The position numbers and the translations under genes are program-made. 29,984 nucleotides of DNA from Acidobacteriota bacterium (GTDB lineage: Bacteria > Acidobacteriota > UBA4820 > DSQY01), in assembly GCA_049967655.1 (NCBI GenBank), contig JBMFSH010000032.1, positions 1 through 29,984 on the forward strand. Reading direction: 5' to 3'. The stretch's first letter is position 1. Every line of letters starts with the position of its first letter. The notes under the pieces were generated by a model. It was not told the origin of the DNA and did not search any database. It saw only the letters and a list, made by a program, of their open reading frames with translations. Shown one piece after another: positions 25,584 to 29,984 of the stretch.

Positions 25584-26669
25584 ATGAAGAAAGCATTGAT
25601 CGGGATGGCATGCCTGATCGTGGGGCTGGGCGTCTTCGCCCAGGCGCACACGGGCTATTTCGACATCCTGCCCGGCTACCAGTTCACGTCGGGCGACTAC
25701 AGCACCAGTCAAGGGTTGGCCCAAGTCAAGGGAACGGGAAAGGACAACTGGCTTGCCAGCTTGGACGGTGGCTATTTTTTCACCGACCACGTGGGTATCC
25801 ATGCCGGCTACATTTATGCACCCGATAAGTTCGACCTGAGCTCCTACTACAACGGACAGTACTTTGGAACCTACCGGTTCGATCGTACCGTGCACATCCT
25901 TGAAGTGGGGCCGGAATTCATCTGGGGCTCCAAGATCAACCAGGGGTATGCCCAGATCAACGTGGGGCACACCTTTGGCAGCAAGGACAGCCAGTACTTC
26001 ATCGCCGGCCGCCCCTTCGACGGAGGTGACATCGGCTCCAACGAATGGGTCTATGGCGCCGCCATCGGGTACCGACACTACTTTACCGACCAGGTGGGTA
26101 TTGCGCTGCAGGCGGCCTACCACCACGTTTCCAATTGGGGTGTAAAAAACTACTATGATGGCCGGGTAGGTGTCGTCTTCCGGTTCCCGAAGGAGGCACC
26201 GCCGCCACCGCCTCCGCCACCACCGCCGCCGCCGCCACCGCCTCCTCCTCCGCCACCGCCGCCACCGCCGCCGCCTCCGCCTCCGCCTCCTCCTAAGATG
26301 ATGAAGATCACACTGGACGAGTCGGTGCTCCACTTCAAGACCAACAAGTGGGCCATCCCGAAGGGGGGCGAATCCGCCCTGGATGCGGCGATCGCCAAGC
26401 TGAACGAGTACCACGCCCTGAAGATCGACATCACCGGCTTCACGGACAGCACCGACGGGGCCAAGTGGAACGCCATCCTGAGCCAGCGCAGGGCCGACTC
26501 GGTGAAGAAGTACCTCCTGGCCCACGGCATCGATGCCTCGCGCATCGAGAGCGTCACCGGGAAAGGACCGGCCGATCCCATCGCCGACAACAAAACGAAG
26601 GAAGGCCGCTCCAAGAACCGCCGCGTGGAGATCACGGCCGTCGCGCCCGTGGAGGTCCCCGCGGAGTAA
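25584..26669 (+). CDS. OmpA-family outer membrane protein (beta-barrel, poly-Pro linker, OmpA_C domain)
   Basis: Signal peptide and aromatic beta-strands. 32 consecutive Pro. GFTD..N..LSQRRA..V and NRRVEI motifs. AAGGAGG SD. Confidence 0.93.
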   Translation: MKKALIGMACLIVGLGVFAQAHTGYFDILPGYQFTSGDYSTSQGLAQVKGTGKDNWLASLDGGYFFTDHVGIHAGYIYAPDKFDLSSYYNGQYFGTYRFDRTVHILEVGPEFIWGSKINQGYAQINVGHTFGSKDSQYFIAGRPFDGGDIGSNEWVYGAAIGYRHYFTDQVGIALQAAYHHVSNWGVKNYYDGRVGVVFRFPKEAPPPPPPPPPPPPPPPPPPPPPPPPPPPPPPPPKMMKITLDESVLHFKTNKWAIPKGGESALDAAIAKLNEYHALKIDITGFTDSTDGAKWNAILSQRRADSVKKYLLAHGIDASRIESVTGKGPADPIADNKTKEGRSKNRRVEITAVAPVEVPAE

Positions 26670-26698
26670 CCGGTTCCATTCCAATCGGTACTCTCCAA

Positions 26699-26726
26699 GA
26701 GGGGGCCGCTCCGGCGGCCCCCTTCT
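26699..26726 (+). terminator. Intrinsic terminator after ompA-like gene
   Basis: GGGGGCCGC-TCCG-GCGGCCCCC followed by TTCT. Confidence 0.65.
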
Positions 26727-26817
26727 CCTTACGGCCGCTGCCCGCGGTCTTCTCCGGGGGGGGGCCGTTGCGGCCCGCTCCATTCCCCGCTACCATGGGT
26801 TTTGGGAGGAATGCGCC

Positions 26818-27945
26818 GTGGGCCTTCAGGGGAATCTTCGCACCATCCTCCTGCCGGACGTGCTCCAGTGGATATCCCAGAGCCGGAAGAGCGGCATCCT
26901 CCACGTCAGGGATCCCGGCGGAGTCTCCAAGCGCATCCTGTTCAAGAAGGGGGACGTTCTCTCCACGGCCTCCTCCGATCCGCGCGAGTACCTGGGCCAC
27001 TTCCTGATCAGCCACGGTTACCTCAGCGAGGAGCAGCTCAATCTGGCCATGGACACGCAGATCCAGACCGGCATCAAGCTCGGCAAGATCCTGGTCACCG
27101 TGGGAGTGCTGGAGGAGGAGGATCTGAAGGTCATGCTCAAGCTGAAGGCGGAGGAAAACGTCTATGACCTTTTCCTCTGGGAAGAGGGGGAGTTCAACTT
27201 CGAGGACCGCGACGCCATCGACGAGGACATCCCCTACGCACCCATGGACGTGACCTCGCTGGTCATGGAGGGAATCCGAAGGAAGGACGAGTGGGCCAGG
27301 ATCCGCGCCCTGCTACCGAACCGATGGGTCATCCTGAGCCGCGTACCCGGAAAGGAGGGAGAAGCGGAGAACCTGGCGGCCGGGGCCCTGGCGCGGCGGG
27401 CGCTGGAGCTGTTCGACGGCCAGAGGAGCCTGGAGGAGGTGGCCCTCGAACTTCACGCCACCGAGTTCCAGGTCGCCGAGGCGGCCTTTCGCCTGTGCGA
27501 GTGCGGCCTCCTGACCGTCACCGGCCAGAAGATTCCGCCCGAGGAGCAGTCCTACCGCCAGATCAGAGAGCAGTTGCTCCGGGAGGCCTCGAAGGCCCTG
27601 GAGGAGAGCGAGTTCACCAAGGCCACCAACCTCTACCGCTACCTCACCCGCACCGACCCCCAGGACGCCGAAGCCCGCCAGGGCCTGGCCATGGCCGAGA
27701 GGGGGGCCTCCCAGGTCTACTTCCGCGATGTGATGCCTTTGAACACCGTGCTGGAGCTGGCCGTGCCCCTGTCGGAGCTGGCGAAGTACGACCTGAGCCC
27801 CCAGGAGGGATTCCTCGCCACACGGGCAAACGGCGCGTGGGACATCGCCACCATCCTCAAGATCTCGCCCATGCCGGAGAAGGAGGCCCTCAGATCGCTC
27901 CAGAAGCTCCTCGAGCGGAAGGTCCTCCGTCCGAAGTCCCGCTGA
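26818..27945 (+). CDS. DUF4388 (PatA-N-like) domain protein
   Basis: LQGNL..LPDVLQWI..KSGILHV, LGHFL/LGKILV repeats, LFLWEEGEFNF and LVMEGIRRKDEW. GTG start follows GGAGG. Confidence 0.85.
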   Translation: MGLQGNLRTILLPDVLQWISQSRKSGILHVRDPGGVSKRILFKKGDVLSTASSDPREYLGHFLISHGYLSEEQLNLAMDTQIQTGIKLGKILVTVGVLEEEDLKVMLKLKAEENVYDLFLWEEGEFNFEDRDAIDEDIPYAPMDVTSLVMEGIRRKDEWARIRALLPNRWVILSRVPGKEGEAENLAAGALARRALELFDGQRSLEEVALELHATEFQVAEAAFRLCECGLLTVTGQKIPPEEQSYRQIREQLLREASKALEESEFTKATNLYRYLTRTDPQDAEARQGLAMAERGASQVYFRDVMPLNTVLELAVPLSELAKYDLSPQEGFLATRANGAWDIATILKISPMPEKEALRSLQKLLERKVLRPKSR

Positions 27946-29704
27946 CTCCGCTCTTCCCGCCGTCCTTGGCCTGATCCCCCTTTCCCTCGCAGGCGCGCCC
28001 GCCCCACGAGGGCCTGTCGCCGGGGAAACTCGCCGATACCCAGATCCCGTCTGCCCGGGTCTTGCAGGTCGCCTGCACCAGGACGTCGTTCGATTTGGAC
28101 CACATGGAAGGGTCCAGGACGACCACCGACGAGGCGGGCGTTTTCATCTCCGAAAACGCCTTCCAGGCCTTGCCGGCCTCTCCGCCCGTGGCCAGGGCCC
28201 AGTCGGGGTCGTTGGTCAGAACGGCCAAGCCTCCCGCGACCACCAGATTCACTGCCTCGCCCTTCAAGCCGGCGCCCTTCCAGCTCCAGATGCGCGCCCC
28301 CTGCCTCGTCGTGGCATCGAGAGGGAACTGCTTGGCGAGATTGTTCGCGATCAGGTCCTCAAAGCGCCTGGAGTCCTTGAGGGAGAAAAAGAGCCCCATT
28401 TTGGCCGCCGCCTTCCCCCCCTTGGAGTCCGATACGGCGCACCATTCGCTCCCGAGGGAGGGCAGGAGGTCGTTGGCGAAGGAGAAGTTCAGCTTTCCCT
28501 CGGCGCCGCCGATGGCCGCCCGAATCCAGCCCATCTGGTCGGGCGGGAGGGTCTTGCTCAGTTCGTCCATCACCTCCTGGTAGACCCTCGCGGGCTCCCT
28601 GCCGCCGCACCAGACGTAGACCTGCCCGTCCTTGGGCAGCCGATCCACGATCTGCGGCCTCTGCAGGGAACCCTCCGCGATGATCCTCCAAAGTCCCTTG
28701 GGAGGCTGGTTGAAGCCTATCCACGCGGCCGCCCGCCAGCCCTTTTCGTCGCCCAGCGGCGGGGAGGTCCAGAGGCCCACGCTTTGGATGCTCTCGGGGG
28801 AGAGCGCCTTGATCAGGTCTTCCCGGGCCACCCCCTTCAGCGCATGGATCACCGCCAGCCCCACGTCGCCGCCCTGGAGGCCCCCGCCCTTCTCAGGAGC
28901 CGCAGGCGGCGCTCCGGGTGGAGCGGGAGCCGCGGGGGCGGCCGGCCCCTCCGGCGCGGAGGGGGCCTCCGCAGCCCGCTTGGCGTCGTGCTTCAAAGCG
29001 GCGAGCCTCGCCATCTCGTCACCCCTGAAATAGAGGTACGCGCCGCGATCCTGAGGGAAGCGCAGGGCCACCGAACGGAACCGCGCATCCTGTGCCAGGC
29101 TCTTGGCTCCCGATGAGGGGGCCAGGACCTGCTGGGCCTCCCGCTCGCTGGAGACCATGACCGCCCACTGATCGGACACCCCCCACAGCACGGCCATGTG
29201 GGAGTCGGTGACCGGCTCGGTCACCTTCCTCAGCTCCACGCCGTCCACTGAGGCCACGGGCTGACCGTCACCCAGCTTTTGCTTCAGGATGGGCACCAAC
29301 TGGGCCCTCTGCCCGGGCAAGAGGGGCACGATGGCGGCGCCCCGCAGCTTCTCCCCGTCCAGCCAGAGCCCCATGGCCATGGGCCTGGTCCTGAGCAGGT
29401 CGGGAAGGCTGGAGGCCCGGACCGGAGGCGTCACGGCCCAGACCTGGCTGAGCACCTGCAGCATGGGATCGGCGCCGCGCTGGGCGCCGCTCTGCGCCGA
29501 CGGCCGCGCCCCGTTCTCCCCGGGGGGCATCCACTGCCCCAGCTCGCGCACCTCGACGAACATGGCCACCGAATCGGGAAAGTGTCCCGCCAGACCCGTG
29601 TAAGCCTGCTGGCGGTGCTGGACCCAGAGATATCCTCCCACCGCCGCCGCCACCACGGCCGCGCCCGCCGCCACCAGCCATCCCACGCGCCCTCTGCCAT
29701 TCAT
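27890..29704 (-). CDS. Membrane-anchored hypothetical protein (DUF3352-like)
   Basis: N-terminal TM anchor, then FPDSVAMFVEV, LAQDARFRSV and DLLPSLGSEW segments reminiscent of DUF3352. ATG 29704 follows AAGGAG. Overlaps the convergent gene by 56 nt. Confidence 0.7.
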   Translation of the reverse strand: MNGRGRVGWLVAAGAAVVAAAVGGYLWVQHRQQAYTGLAGHFPDSVAMFVEVRELGQWMPPGENGARPSAQSGAQRGADPMLQVLSQVWAVTPPVRASSLPDLLRTRPMAMGLWLDGEKLRGAAIVPLLPGQRAQLVPILKQKLGDGQPVASVDGVELRKVTEPVTDSHMAVLWGVSDQWAVMVSSEREAQQVLAPSSGAKSLAQDARFRSVALRFPQDRGAYLYFRGDEMARLAALKHDAKRAAEAPSAPEGPAAPAAPAPPGAPPAAPEKGGGLQGGDVGLAVIHALKGVAREDLIKALSPESIQSVGLWTSPPLGDEKGWRAAAWIGFNQPPKGLWRIIAEGSLQRPQIVDRLPKDGQVYVWCGGREPARVYQEVMDELSKTLPPDQMGWIRAAIGGAEGKLNFSFANDLLPSLGSEWCAVSDSKGGKAAAKMGLFFSLKDSRRFEDLIANNLAKQFPLDATTRQGARIWSWKGAGLKGEAVNLVVAGGLAVLTNDPDWALATGGEAGKAWKAFSEMKTPASSVVVLDPSMWSKSNDVLVQATCKTRADGIWVSASFPGDRPSWGGRACEGKGDQAKDGGKSGVSGTSDGGPSARGASGAI

Positions 29705-29984
29705 GGTCTTCTCCTTACGCCACTCCATGATACGCCCCTGCACGCTCAAAGGTTTCCCCCGCTCGGCCGATCCTCCACCCGCATCCGGCGCGTCGCGCGA
29801 GGGCGCGCTCCCCTGGCTTCCGCCAGGCTCGCCGCTCTTCCCCGCCCTTGCGAAAGCAGCTCTCTGGGCTGGGAAACCTCCCCGTTTCCCAGCACCCCTT
29901 CGGCCGGCGCCGCGCTTCGCTTTTCGCTGCAAGCGAAAAGCGGCGTCCCGGCGCCGATGGGCCTCATGCCAGGAAGCCTAGGCG

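Noticed and set aside
27890..27945. 56-nt convergent overlap between the DUF4388 and DUF3352-like genes
   Set aside because: Involves a low-complexity C-terminal tail. Short convergent overlaps are common in GC-rich genomes.

Overview
GC-rich bacterial chromosomal segment, probably from a Gram-negative organism (lpxB, OmpA, PpiD). The gene styles suggest Acidobacteriota, but that is only an impression. Most of the right two-thirds is housekeeping: yitJ-like gene, metH, rpmB, lpxB, ppiD-type chaperone, PQQ-repeat propeller, nagZ, REC-GGDEF, frameshifted prfB, guaB, OmpA with a 32-Pro linker, DUF4388 and a DUF3352-like gene. The most interesting part is 2.1-8.9 kb, a minus-strand candidate DNA-damage/mutagenesis locus. 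It runs: XRE-HTH/S24 autocleaving repressor, truncated four-helix-bundle gene, DUF72 ending in a clamp-motif-like QRSLF, a ~470-nt apparently non-coding and heavily base-paired segment with its own ECF-like promoter and intrinsic terminator, then a second DnaE (DnaE2-like). No imuA/imuB is present in the window. The repressor and dnaE promoters are both sigma70-like with 17-bp spacers and carry the same palindrome, TGGTCA-N4-TGACTA, at the same position, a candidate SOS-like operator. Downstream of dnaE is a candidate sigma54-driven sRNA of ~115 nt. Dispersed 7/8-mer tandem-repeat cassettes sit at many gene junctions and twice in frame inside dnaE. The dusA copy has a large in-frame internal deletion. 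All calls are by eye; no database searches or folding programs were run.
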